A program made the position numbers and the translations under genes. Below, piece after piece: positions 46,579 through 58,200 of a DNA stretch of 64,000 nucleotides; within the stretch, counting starts at the first letter, position 1; each line of letters opens with the position of its first letter. Origin of the DNA: Azolla caroliniana (Eukaryota; Plantae; Polypodiophyta); contig JBHGNT010000022.1 of NCBI GenBank assembly GCA_043228905.1, positions 186,001 through 250,000 on the forward strand. Direction: 5' to 3'. Under the pieces are notes generated by a model. The model did not search any database, was not told where the DNA came from, and saw only the letters and a list, made by a program, of their open reading frames with translations.

Positions 46579-49500
46579 TCAGTCTTCCTCCAAATTATCA
46601 GGCAAACTCCGCTCCGAGGTTTCAAGTGTTGTTTTGCCTGTGCCGTCTCCGACTTCCGATTGGATTGGCTGCCTTTTCGCATCCTGCTGCTCCGACTCTG
46701 CTTCTACCGGTAGTACCGGTGTTTCTTCTGTATCCTGTCCGGGTCTGTCCTGCTCTACCTCCGTTCCGTTCCCGGTATCGCTCTCTCCGGTTTCCACTGG
46801 TTGTGTCCTTTCCTCCCCGGATTCGGTACTTCTCTGTCTCCACTCTGCATCATCCCCGGCATCAACCTGTTCTTGCTCCGGAAGTTCTTCCTCGGGTAAT
46901 TCTTGTCGGGGTGCGTTGTCGGTTGGGTTCTCTTCAGCCGATCGCTCGCCCTCACTGATGGAGATCGGCGTTGTGCGTCCCTCGGCTTCCTGTCGCAGTC
47001 GGTCCTTCTCGTACCCTTCCAATTCCAGTTGGGTTTCGAGCTGCCCGTCATCCAACCTCTCTACTAACCCTCGGATTTCCTTGAGATGCTCTTCTGCTAG
47101 GGCATAGAAATCCTCCGACAATTCTTCCCGGATGTTGACGATACTTTCTTCGTCCATTTTATAGAACCCATCTCCGTTTTTCTTCCGATTTTCTGCATCC
47201 GCTCGGAGTATCTGCAGTTCAGCTGCCTGTTGTGCCCATTCCTTCCAGAGTTTCTCCGTGCTTTCATTTATGCTGGACTGAGCTCGGGTACTCCAGCTTG
47301 ACATGATGAACTTAATTCGGTCAACCCCTGCTTTAGCCTGTTCCGAAGCTGCTTGTTTTTCCTTCCTTATCCGTTGGATGATGTCGGCCATTAACTGAGC
47401 TTGAGCTTCAGAGTCGACTTTCTGCTTGTCACAGGTACTCCGCCATTTGTTGATTTCGAAAGTCAACTTCACTTTCTCCTCATTCCTGCTCTTTGTCAGC
47501 TCCCCTACTTTCTACCGAAGTACTTCCATCTCCTTTCTTTGTTCCGACGTCAAGGTCTTCTCCACCGATACTTCCTCCCTTGCTTTGGACAATTCCAAGC
47601 GGTTTTCCTTGAGCTGCTCTTTCAGCTTTTCTAACTGTCGGTCGTACGTTGCTGCCTGATTCTTGATGTCCGACGTGGCCTGTTTATAATCCTTACATAG
47701 TCGGTCGAATTCCTCCGTCTTCTGTTTTAGGCGTCGGTTCGCCTGAGCTCGCAACTGATCATCCCGGTCCTTTTGTTGTCGGAGTTCCTCTCGCAACCGC
47801 TCAATTTCCTGCTCCATTCGTCGGCGCAGCCTATCTTTTTCTTTTTGCAGTGTCCCGTTTTCTTCTTGTAGTCGGTCATTGGTGGCTTTGCTTCGGCGAA
47901 GGCCTTCCTCCATTCGCCGTCTGTCGTCTTCTGCCAACTTCCGCTGCTCTCTTTCGTTATCTCTCAATGCCTCCTGAGCCTGTAATTCTTCTTTCAAAGT
48001 TGCTATTAACTTCTCGGTCTCAGGGCCGGTTTGCAAGGCCCTCTCCGTTTCTGGTTCGGCTTGCTTTTCTGATGTCCCGACCGGCTCGGTGCCATCTTGT
48101 GCTTGTCGGCTGCCTTCTTTTGCCTGTGCTAGCTCTTCTTGCAGCTCATGTAATTGTGCCCGGAGCATGACCATATCCTTAGTCATCGTCCTAGTCACTT
48201 CTTCTCTTTGCTCCTCCTCTTTCTCCATCTGGTCTGCTACTCCCGACAACTGCCCTGACAACCACCTTACCCATTCTGCCTTGGTTCTGCCTTCGTTGGT
48301 GTCAGCAGGCGTGCCTAGCTCCGGCTGTTTCTCCGGCCTCTTCTCTTGTTCCGGCGCTTGTTCCTTTCTTTGTTCCTCGAACTCCGCCGCCGTCGGTTCC
48401 GGTTCTGCCGTCTTTGGTGCAGACGGACCTTCATCCTGTGTCGCTTCTGTTCCGGTTACTGGAGGCGGTTCTTTTGCCCTTTGCTGAGTTCCGTCCGCTG
48501 TTGGGGTCGGTCTTGTCGCTCGTTTCTCCTTTCCTTGCCTGGGTGGTAGTATTAACATCGGTTCGGATGAGTCTTCCTCTGTTTCAGCGTCCTCCGTCGG
48601 TGCCATTATTGGTTGCTTTACTGGTACCGGTTCCGATTCGAGCGTTACTGGTTCGGTGTCGGTTTGCCTTTTGCCGGTCTTCTTTGCCACCTTCTCCTTG
48701 CCTTTTTCCGCCTTTTTCTTCTTCATTGTCGGTTGCTGTTGCTGTTTCTGTGGCTGCCGTGATGGGCCTTCCTCCCTTTGCTGTCGGGATGAGTCTTCTT
48801 CCCGCGGTTGTCGAGATGAGCCTTCTTTCCGCGGCTGTCGGGATGATCCTTCTTCCCGCGGCACTTCTTCTTCCTGTGTCCATCCTGGAGTGTGTTTCTC
48901 TAGGATTCGTCGGCGCTTCATGGTTTGCTTCGGGGTAGTCTCCTGCCGACTTCTTTGCTTGTGCTTGATGGGGGACACCGGTGGGACCAACACTGTTAAC
49001 CATTGGGATATTCCGGCCCATGGCTTCTTCCCTTCCACCAAGTGCTTTATCGCCTCTTTCAGTCCTTCGGTGCTGAAGTGGAGCCAGTCCACCTGCAGGC
49101 CTTCGAATGTCGCAATGACGATCGCTGCTCGGTATTTGGCTATGGCTGCCGGACGAGGGTTCACGAACCCGTACTCCATCAGGGCGCGGGCCACCTCTCC
49201 GAACAGCATGTTCTCGCCGCCCTGTGTGCGATACGCCTTGCTGCTAAGGGAGTATTCGCCGAAATACTCGAAGAATATTTGGCTCGAGGGTAGCTCTATT
49301 GTCTGAAGTCCTCCCTCCGAAATCCCTGTGAGCGCTTGTACCGCTCCTTCAGTGACCTCTGCTAAGTCCACCGCTGTTGCCGCCTGCTCTGGTTCCTTGT
49401 GTGGTGGAGCGTCAGCGACCCGCAGCAGCCCTCCTAATCCGTTCTCTGTCAGCCATTGTCGCGCTCCGTCGGACAGTGCCATCGCTTCTTCTTCGTCTGC

Positions 49501-49686
49501 TGCTGCCTGTGGTCTGAGGTTGGGGTGTAGGTGTTCTGCGCGTCGGATCTTGCTGTCTTGAGCCTGCGTTTGCTTGTGGGAAAATTCGTAAAAAGTGAAG
49601 CCTTCCCCGGTTCTTCCTTTATATAGTGGCGTTTCCCTCGAGCCGCCTTTTCCTGTTTTTCGCGCGTCCCCTGCCATAATTAGCAT
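46579..49686 (-). CDS. Element E accessory protein (~970-1035 aa; globular N-domain, low-complexity/coiled-coil linker, helical C-domain) with one internal amber stop
   Basis: ORFs 47512-49686 and 46579-47472 are in the same frame, separated by one TAG and 13 sense codons. Likely start is ATG 49482, downstream of TATATAAAGG at ~49625-49616. Confidence 0.8.
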
Positions 49687-49773
49687 GTCACTCTTTAATT
49701 TTTGACGGCTGCACGTGTTCTGCCATAATTAGCATGTCACTTTTTAATTTTTGACGGCTGCACGTGTTCTGCC
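49671..49773. repeat. 49-bp tandem duplication upstream of the accessory ORF
   Basis: CTGCCATAATTAGCATGTCACT.TTTAATTTTTGACGGCTGCACGTGTT x2; each unit contains CACGTG and TTGAC. Confidence 0.9.
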
Positions 49774-49865
49774 TATTTTTGGCGCCTGCGCATGCTGTGT
49801 CATGAATAGTAAGTCTGTCCTTTCCTGCCGCGTGTCATGCTTGCGTTTCTTTGCCGCGTGTGTCA

Positions 49866-52800
49866 TTATGACTCCTTAATTGACGCGCGTTTTAAATCCT
49901 GTACATCGGCCCCCCACGTTCTGTGCTCGGTTAACCATTTGTCTTCGTCCGCCACTGTGGTCTCCGTTGCTGGTGCCGTCGTGACCTTAAACAGCTCGGC
50001 GTCGGGAAATTCGTCCTGTACGCCGTCCCCTGATTCTCCGGATTCTAGTCTGCTCAGGTAGTCTGCTACCGCATGCTGCACCCCGGGTCGGTGGAAAATG
50101 TCGAATTCGAATTTCTGTAATAGCAGCGTCCACCGTGCGAGTTTTCCTGTCAGGGCTGCCTTTGACACCAGGTAGAGTAGTGCCGAGTGGTCAACGTGGA
50201 AGGAGAACTTTCGTCCGAGCAGATAGTGCCTGTACTTTGTGACGCTGTACACCATTCCTAATGCCTCTCGTTCCGTTGTAGAGTAGTTTCGTTCGGCTTT
50301 CGAGAGTTTCCTGCTTGCGTAGTACACCGGCCGATACCATTTCGGTTCCGTGAGTTGCATCAAAACGCTGCCGATTGCTACGTCCGACGCGTCGACGAAG
50401 ACGTGGAAGCTTTTACTCCAGTCCGGCGGCTGCACCACCGGAGCTTGTGACAGCATTACCTTCAACGCTTGGTAGGCTTTCTCCTCCGTTTCTGTCCATT
50501 GGAAAGGTACTCTATGTACAGCAGCGTGCAATGGTGTCGCAAAGTCGGCAAGGTGCCGTATCATCCGACTATGCCACCTTATTTGACCAAGGAATCGGCT
50601 TAAAGCTTTTGCGCTATTCGGTGCCGGTGCGTCGAGAATTGCTTTTACCTTATCCGGATCTACCGCGATTCCTTCTCGACTCACCACGTGGCCTAACAAA
50701 TTGCCGCTTGCGACTCCAAAGACGCACTTAGCCGGGTTCAGACTTAATCGGTACTCGCGGCACTTTTCTAAGCATAGTCGTAGGTGATCGAGATGCTCTC
50801 CGTGTCGGCTGTAGACGACGAAATCGTCTAGGAAGACCTGCATAAAACCGGGAATAAAATCACCGAAGATTTCCATAATTATCCTTTGAAATGTTGCAGG
50901 GGCTGTCTTTAATCCGAACATCATCACGACCGCGACGAACACTCCCCATTCCGTCACGAACGCTGTTTTTTCTTGGTCGGCCGGGTTCATTCGGATTTGG
51001 TTGTAGCCGCTGAATCCGTCCAGGAAGCTGTAAACTTCGTGGCCGGCCACCGCATCTAGCACTCCGTCCGTGAATGGTAGTGGAAAAGCGTCGGTCACTG
51101 TCGCGGCATTTAGTTTCCTGTAGTCCACACATACCCGGATTTTGCCGTTCTTTTTCGGGACCACCACTATCGGGCTTAGCCAGGTTGCCTGCTTGACTGG
51201 TCGGATAAATCCGACCCGGAGAAGCTTGTCTATTTCCTCCTTCACCTTTGCCGCATAGTTTGGATTCATCCGGTACCGACGTTGAGCGATGGGTTTCGCG
51301 TCAGTACTTAGATGAATTTGGTGCTGGTAGAGTTTGGGGTCCAACCCTCGCATGTCTTCGTATGACCATGCGAACACGTCCTTGAATTCCGTTAACAGTG
51401 CTACCATTGCCTGTTTTTCCTCCTTCGGCAATTCCTTCGCGACTTTTACCGGTCGGGGTTGTTCTGTTGTGCCGAGGTCCACCTCTTCCAGCTGAGATGC
51501 TTTCACCCTTTGGGATATCGTCATTTCTCTTTCTAGGGCTTCCTGTGCTTGGCGTAGTTCCCGGATCGCCACTTTGTCCGGCTCGTCCGGCATTGTGATG
51601 TACGGCTCTACCGCTGCCGTGATATCCACCTCAAAAAGTGGGACGATCTGTGGGTGTTCCTCGAGGTACCGATCAACTTCCTCATCCGGTAAGCCCTCCA
51701 ACATGTTGATGCTTTCGGCATATAAAGGGGTTGCCTCCTTGCTAGTGAGCACCCGTGGTTGCGTGGCTACCCGTACCTTTGTTTTCCCTCGTCGGAACGT
51801 GATCATATTCTTTTGCCAGTTTTGCTTGATATGCGCCGTTCGCAGCCATGGTCGTCCTAACAGTAGGGGATATGCGCCTTGTACATTCAGCTCTAGTACC
51901 ACGGCCGATATTCGGAATACGTGGCCTCCTATTGTTACCTCCAAGTCCCGGATAAGACCAGTTGGTCGGACTGAGCTTGTATCCGCCATGCGTAACCAGA
52001 AGGGGCATGGTTCCCACTCCTGGATGCCTAGGTCGTCGCATGTCTGTCGACTAATGACGTTCACCCCGGAGCCTCCGTCAATAATTGTTCCTGGAATCTC
52101 CTTTCCTTTGACGATTGTCGTGATTGCTGGGCTACTGGTATCAACCACCGCTGGGCCTTCCTCCGGGTTGGAGAAAAATGCCGGTGCTGGCGTCGGCGTC
52201 GGTTTGCTCACGGCGGCTTGTAAGTCTGCTGTGAACCGCGGCACCAACTGTAGTAACCGTGCCAACGGCAGCACGATCTGACAATCTTGTAGTGCTTGCC
52301 ATGTTGGGTTTTCTCCTGGCTGTACGATTGCCTCCTCCCTTGGCATATTTTGGTTTCTTACTTCCGCCGCACCTTGTTCGTTGGCTACTTTGATCCATTG
52401 TGCCGCTTGTTTTCTGATTGCTTCCTGGGCTTCCCATTCGGCAGCCTTCCCCTTCGACCGCGTGGTAACCTGCTGTACTTCGGCTGTCACCATGTTGACT
52501 GCTGGCTGCTTGTCGGCTGTTTTGGTTGGGCATTGATTACTGTAATGCCCTTCTTTTCGGCAGTAGTAACAGTACACCCTGTGCGTGTTGCTGGATTCTC
52601 CTTTTTCCCATGTTTGGGGTTGGGGCATTCCCCGGCGGTTGTCCTCGGTTTTTCGGTTCTCCGGTGCCGCTACTGGTTTGTCATTCCTTGTTGCCTCCCG
52701 ACGCTCCTCTCTACGGAAGAATCCACGCCTTTGGTTCCGTCGGAAATTCCGGTTCCCTGGCCGCCTTTCTTCTCTGCGTCGCTCGTATTCCGGGGATTCG

Positions 52801-54344
52801 TCTCGGTCATACCGGTCCCGGGGGTAGCTATCCCTTCGGTTCTCCTCTCGGTCGTACCGGTCCCGTGGGTAGCTATCCCTTCGGTTCTCCTCTCGGTCAT
52901 AGCTGTCGCGTCTTCTATCGGGGTATCTGTCGCCGCGTTCTCGTCGGTAGCGGTGGTCCCTCCGGAATCGATCCTCTTCCGGGTCCCGATTGCGCGGTTC
53001 TATGTGTCGGACCGGTGCCGCTTGTCGAGTTAACAGGTTATACTCGCATTGGTTCGTTGTGTGGGCGCGAGAATTGCATATCATGCACTGTGCACGCAGG
53101 GTGCAGTCGACGGTCGAGTGCCCCGAATTTAGGCATGTTGTGCATTGTAGGGCTTGTCGGAACCGGAGGTCCTCCTCCTTCGGAAGCGCCTGGTGTAACG
53201 CCCCCATCGGCAAGAAGGGGCTCGTGTTGTCCATTTCTAGGACCCGATCAATGACTTGGTCCATTGTGCTGGTGCTGAAATCGATGATTCCACACATCGC
53301 TCGAAGTGGGTCTTTTAACGCAGCCAAAAAGACTGCCTTGGCCTCCTCTTCGGGTGGTGCTCTTGCTAATTGACTGTGCAAGGTCTGGAAACGAATGATA
53401 AATTGTGGGACCGTCTCGTTTTCTCCCTGCCGAGTGGTGTAGAATTGTCCGACCAATTCCCTTTGTTCCACTCGTCTATGAAACAAGCGTAAAAACTGGG
53501 TTTTCAATGCCTCGAACGTGGCGAAGCTGCCTGGTAAGTGCTTGTCGTGCCACCGGGCCGCCGGTCCTTCTAATGTCATGCCGAATTCGGCGACTTTGGA
53601 TCGGTCGGCCTCGGCCTCCGTCAGTCTCTGGGACACGTGGTTGGCTTCCCATGTTCGTAGGAATGCATACACATGTGCCTCTCCGTCGGGCTCATCCCGA
53701 TACTTTGGGTACGGATACGGCATCGTGTCGTCCCACTGATTCTCCTGCGCTGGTTCCTCCGATGTCGGTCTCCGCTCCTGCGGTTCCTCCGCAGGTGGTG
53801 TTGGTATCCGCTCCTGCGGTTCCTCCGCGGGTGGTGTTGGTATCCGCTCCTGCGGTTCCTCCGCGGGTGGTGTTGATAACCGCTCCTGCGGTTCCTCCGC
53901 GGGTGGTGTTGATAACCGCTCCTCCCTCCTCGGCGATTGCCGGTCACCGAACTCCAGAGTTAGTTCCTCCTCTGGCTCCGATGTTGCTGAGTGATCCGAC
54001 TCAAAGGGGTTGTTCCCGTGGCTGCTTTTATAGCGGGATCCCACGCTTTCCCCGCTATCCGAATCCGCCTCTAATGTTGCAAATGCCGCTGCGTCCCCGT
54101 CGCCGCCAGCGAGAGTCTGTAGTAGTGTCTCCGCTTCTTGGAGGCTGGTTATGCTACTGCCTTCGTCGGAAGCTTGTAGAACCTGGAACTGCAGTGCGTT
54201 TTCTGCGATTTGCCGAAGCGTTGTTGAGAATGACCGATCGCTCCGGATCTCGTCGACGGCTTGCTGCAGGGCTTCCCGTCGTCGCTGCCGTTCGGCGTGG
54301 CGTCTCCCTCTTTCGGTGATGTGGTCGTTATTTTGTCTAGACAT
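49866..54344 (-). CDS. Element E Gag-PR-RT-RNase H polyprotein (uninterrupted, no integrase)
   Basis: Single ORF with three CCHC knuckles, IIDGGSG protease, YSFLDGFSGYNQ/FLDDF RT and FVDASD...ADYLSR RNase H; it stops ~50 aa later. ATG 54344 is chosen as the first ATG after the PBS. Internal 12-aa (ERxxTPPAEEPQ) and 15-aa (RDSYPRDRYDREENR) repeats. Confidence 0.95.
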   Translation of the reverse strand: MSRQNNDHITERGRRHAERQRRREALQQAVDEIRSDRSFSTTLRQIAENALQFQVLQASDEGSSITSLQEAETLLQTLAGGDGDAAAFATLEADSDSGESVGSRYKSSHGNNPFESDHSATSEPEEELTLEFGDRQSPRREERLSTPPAEEPQERLSTPPAEEPQERIPTPPAEEPQERIPTPPAEEPQERRPTSEEPAQENQWDDTMPYPYPKYRDEPDGEAHVYAFLRTWEANHVSQRLTEAEADRSKVAEFGMTLEGPAARWHDKHLPGSFATFEALKTQFLRLFHRRVEQRELVGQFYTTRQGENETVPQFIIRFQTLHSQLARAPPEEEAKAVFLAALKDPLRAMCGIIDFSTSTMDQVIDRVLEMDNTSPFLPMGALHQALPKEEDLRFRQALQCTTCLNSGHSTVDCTLRAQCMICNSRAHTTNQCEYNLLTRQAAPVRHIEPRNRDPEEDRFRRDHRYRRERGDRYPDRRRDSYDREENRRDSYPRDRYDREENRRDSYPRDRYDRDESPEYERRREERRPGNRNFRRNQRRGFFRREERREATRNDKPVAAPENRKTEDNRRGMPQPQTWEKGESSNTHRVYCYYCRKEGHYSNQCPTKTADKQPAVNMVTAEVQQVTTRSKGKAAEWEAQEAIRKQAAQWIKVANEQGAAEVRNQNMPREEAIVQPGENPTWQALQDCQIVLPLARLLQLVPRFTADLQAAVSKPTPTPAPAFFSNPEEGPAVVDTSSPAITTIVKGKEIPGTIIDGGSGVNVISRQTCDDLGIQEWEPCPFWLRMADTSSVRPTGLIRDLEVTIGGHVFRISAVVLELNVQGAYPLLLGRPWLRTAHIKQNWQKNMITFRRGKTKVRVATQPRVLTSKEATPLYAESINMLEGLPDEEVDRYLEEHPQIVPLFEVDITAAVEPYITMPDEPDKVAIRELRQAQEALEREMTISQRVKASQLEEVDLGTTEQPRPVKVAKELPKEEKQAMVALLTEFKDVFAWSYEDMRGLDPKLYQHQIHLSTDAKPIAQRRYRMNPNYAAKVKEEIDKLLRVGFIRPVKQATWLSPIVVVPKKNGKIRVCVDYRKLNAATVTDAFPLPFTDGVLDAVAGHEVYSFLDGFSGYNQIRMNPADQEKTAFVTEWGVFVAVVMMFGLKTAPATFQRIIMEIFGDFIPGFMQVFLDDFVVYSRHGEHLDHLRLCLEKCREYRLSLNPAKCVFGVASGNLLGHVVSREGIAVDPDKVKAILDAPAPNSAKALSRFLGQIRWHSRMIRHLADFATPLHAAVHRVPFQWTETEEKAYQALKVMLSQAPVVQPPDWSKSFHVFVDASDVAIGSVLMQLTEPKWYRPVYYASRKLSKAERNYSTTEREALGMVYSVTKYRHYLLGRKFSFHVDHSALLYLVSKAALTGKLARWTLLLQKFEFDIFHRPGVQHAVADYLSRLESGESGDGVQDEFPDAELFKVTTAPATETTVADEDKWLTEHRTWGADVQDLKRASIKES

Positions 54345-55239
54345 CCATCCCCCGGTTGTCCTCTGCACTCTGCAGGAATCGTGGTCGCCAAAATAGTGTT
54401 GTAAGTATGGCTGGACTAGCCACAACACAGGTGTCTATCCGACACTTCTCCAAAGGGGTGGTAGGGATAGGATGTTAATACACGCGTATGATAATTACAC
54501 TTAAGTACAGACGAAGACAAGATTAATCAGCATAAGCAAAACTATATTAATTCTTCGCGCTTTCATTACAAAACATCGGATCCTTTTATAGGCATCCGGC
54601 CAGATTACAATCGGTGCTCGGTAAGCAACCGTTAACCGAAACCGACTCGGTTCGGATCCGGATCGGTTACAACTACCGGATCCGTCCCTCCTAATAATTC
54701 TATTACTATTTCTATATTTATCCGATCCGACCTTGCTTTCCCATTTGCCTTCTCTGACCGGCCAACAACCTCTTCCAAACTTGCACAACTTAACATGTAG
54801 ATCAACGTCATTGATCCGATTCTTGAACATGGAAGAATCATGATGGTCACAAATCACAAGAGTTCTATTAAAAATCTTATCCAAGTTAAACATCACTTAT
54901 TACAAGAAAATTACATGGATTCACGTTAATTCCAAGAGGCTTACTACAAGATACAATTGCGGCAAAATATCCTTAACCCCATTACATTGGGTGACGAAAT
55001 TTGGAAAACTAGTTAGCTCTATCCCTCCATTCATCATAGTCAATCGAAAATTGTGCTCAACTTGTGTTCAACATTGTGATCAGCATAATTCGTGCCCTAT
55101 TCGGAATTGGCAATCAATTCAGTAGCTGATTCAGCCTGTGTCCAAATTTGGCTAGAACAAATCTAGGTGAGCTAGCCGGTTGCACCTACCTACCATTCGT
55201 AACCAACTCCAGACAAAGCCTCCCAACTGACACAAGTTA

Positions 55240-58200
55240 AGATGGCGTCAACATCCGACTCATCTAAGATGAGTCTCAAGAAGAAGGTCACCGCAACAAA
55301 GATATATTTAATTCGATGACTCTACAACCTTCAGATGAAAGAATCTGATTTGGTCTAGGCACACATCAATGAAAATGAAAGCATAAACTCTCAACTATAG
55401 GCTCAGGGGATGACAATTGAAGACAAATTGAAAGCTCTTGTCTTGATGAGCAGCCTACCCCCTTCTTGGGAGACATACGTCACCGTGTGCAACATGTCTA
55501 GAACAACCCTAAACCACTCTGAAGCTAAGAGATCAATTCTCGCAGAAGATTCTTGGAGAAGATCAGTCGTTCATGATTCGCCCAAGGACATTTTTGTAGT
55601 ATAGAGTTTGACCGATCGACCGAATAGCCGAGGAAGAAGTTCTTCTAGGCAACTGAATAATTCGCGAAGCCGGAGCAAGTCCTGGGACTTTAGAATTTGC
55701 AATTAATGCAAGAAACCTGGACACATCAAGGAAGATTTCTTAATCCTCAAGGAAAAAAAAGATAAAGCTCCGAGCACTGATCATAAGGGTGGCCGACAGA
55801 AGGAGGTCAACTACGTTCGCTCATCAGCTGAAGTATTGATAGACGACCCATACATCTTGCTCATAGAAAATCCAATCGAATCAAAAGTTCTGTTAGCGAT
55901 TGGAGAGTCAAGAACTTGGCTCCTAAACTCGGATGCATCCTACCATGTGACCCCTCATAGATCACAATTCCGGCAATACTCGGCTCAGCATTCCGACTCA
56001 GTCTGAGTCAACAATTCGCAACATTGTGCAATAATTGGAATCAGCATGGTAGAGCTGACCCTTCCGGGCAGCTCTACCCTTGTACTACACAACATCCAAC
56101 ATGTACATGAGCTCTCTAGATTGCTAATCTCAGTAGAACAGCTCGAAGAAGAAGGCAGTCGTGCTAACTTCTCTTCAAGAGGATGGTCACTCCACAGGGA
56201 GAACCTCCTACTTGCTCGAGGTTTGAAGGTACATTCATTGTACCCGTTATACATCACACTTAGAGATGGTGACTTGTTTCTGGTAGACATCTCCGTATCA
56301 TTGTTATGGCATGGCCGACTCAGACACCTTAGCAAGGCTAGCATCACTCACTTATCAAGAGCTGGCTACATCCCCAAACTCTCCTTTGCCGATCACCAAT
56401 TCTGTGAGCATTGCTAATATGGCAAGAAAGCCGCAACCTCACACCAGACATCATCACTAAGAGAATCAAATCCACTCGATTTGGTCCATTCGGACGTTCG
56501 TCGCCCAATGGCATATCAATCTCTCGATGGCACCTCGTACTTCATCAGCTTCACTGATGATTTGACTCGGAAACTGTGGGCATGTCTGGCTAGAACCAAT
56601 GATCAGGTGTTGACGATCTTCTAAGAATGGCTGACCATGGTGGAGAACTAGTCCGATCGAAAGCTAAAATGCTTGCAGTTTGACAATGGAGGAGAGTTCA
56701 AGAGTGAGGAATTCGTCAGATTTTGCCGGCAGTGCGACATCCGATGTGAATATACGACACCCCATTGTCTGGAGCAGAGTGGAATTGCCAAATGAATGAA
56801 TCGGACAATTCAGGAAAGAATTATCGCTATGCTTCAACACTTCAGAGTAGCGGATATGGCTTCTGGGCAGGGGCTCTACTTACGACAATACACACAATCA
56901 ATATACCGTTGCGTAGGCCTCTAAGACTTCAAATTCCTCGGTAGTTATGGACCGGCAAGAAGCCAAATTATGATAAGTTGGGAATTTTCGACTGCGAGGC
57001 ATACACTCTCGTGCTGGAAGATGATCGCCGAAAACTAGAGCCGAGGTCCAAGGAAGGCATTTTCCTTGGTTATGGACCACACAAGGAATTTAGCTACAAA
57101 CTCTAAGACCTAGAGAATAGACAGATCGTTCGAAGTTTGAATGTAGTCTTCAACGAGTCGGACATGCATAAGATGGCCGAAAGGCCAATTGAAGTCCGAA
57201 TAGTTGTCTTTTCCGATGTGCCAGCTCTTCTTGACGGATCAACCCAAAACACGAGGTCAGCCTCACAAGAAGCCGAAACCTCCAACATCGATTTGGAACA
57301 TCCAAACTCAGCACATTCGAATGTTTTGGCTCCGAACCGTTTGACTAACTTACTTGATTTGGCTAGCCCAGTCCTACCATGAAGGTTAGAGAGACCGTCG
57401 TAGCTTCCTGAGAGATACTTTCCCGAAATTTTCTTCATAGACACCGACGAGCCGATGTCCTACGAAGAAGCATTGGCATGTGCTGATTCGGCCACCTGGC
57501 ATCTAGAAATGGAGTTGGCGATGAACTCCATCTGGCAAAACAAAATATGGGATTTAGTCGAATTACTGAAACATCATCATGCTCTTCCTTGTAAGTGGGT
57601 CTATCGATTGAAAGAGATGTTTGATTCGACCAGTCCCAAATTCAAAGCTAGATTAGTAGCGAAAGGGTTTCAACAAGAATATGACATCGACTTCAATGAA
57701 ATCTTTTCAACGGGTGAAAATGACAACCCTTCGATTCATGCTTAGTGTAGGTGCAACTGACGATTTGGAGATAATTTAGATAGATGTCAAAACAACATTC
57801 CTCCGTGGTGATCTAGAGGAAGAGATTTATATGGAATAACTGAAATGCTTTGTTGAACTCGACCTAGAACGTCTAGTTTGCTGACTCAACAAGAGTCTAT
57901 ACAGCATGAAACAGGCGCCAAGGCAGTGGTATAAGAAGTTCGACGATTTCATACAATCTGTCAACTTCTCCAAGAGTGATGAGGAACATTGCCTTTTCTC
58001 TAAAATAACTCAAGATGGGTCTCTCATCTTCCTCATCCTCTACGTGGACGACATGCTACTCTCCGGTTGGCATGACAGAGAGCTCGCCCATCTCATTCAG
58101 CAACTGCGGTTGGAGTTTGCCATGAAGGACCTTGGTCCAACAAGACACATTTTGGGTATGGAGATTAGTCGACTCCGGCATTGACGACAAATCTTTCTGT

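Larger units (their letters stand above)
46158..54767 (-). mobile_element. Ty3/Gypsy element E (Athila/Tat-like), young, lacking integrase
   Basis: 371-bp LTRs at 46158-46528 and 54397-54767, with two differences seen by eye. TSD ACCTC at 46153-46157 and 54768-54772. PBS TGGCGACCAC at 54390-54381 (tRNA-Arg-like). Confidence 0.97.

Noticed and set aside
54345-54428. N-terminal extension of the 1520-aa ORF
   Set aside because: It begins at a non-ATG codon inside the LTR and runs through the PBS; ATG 54344 is more plausible.
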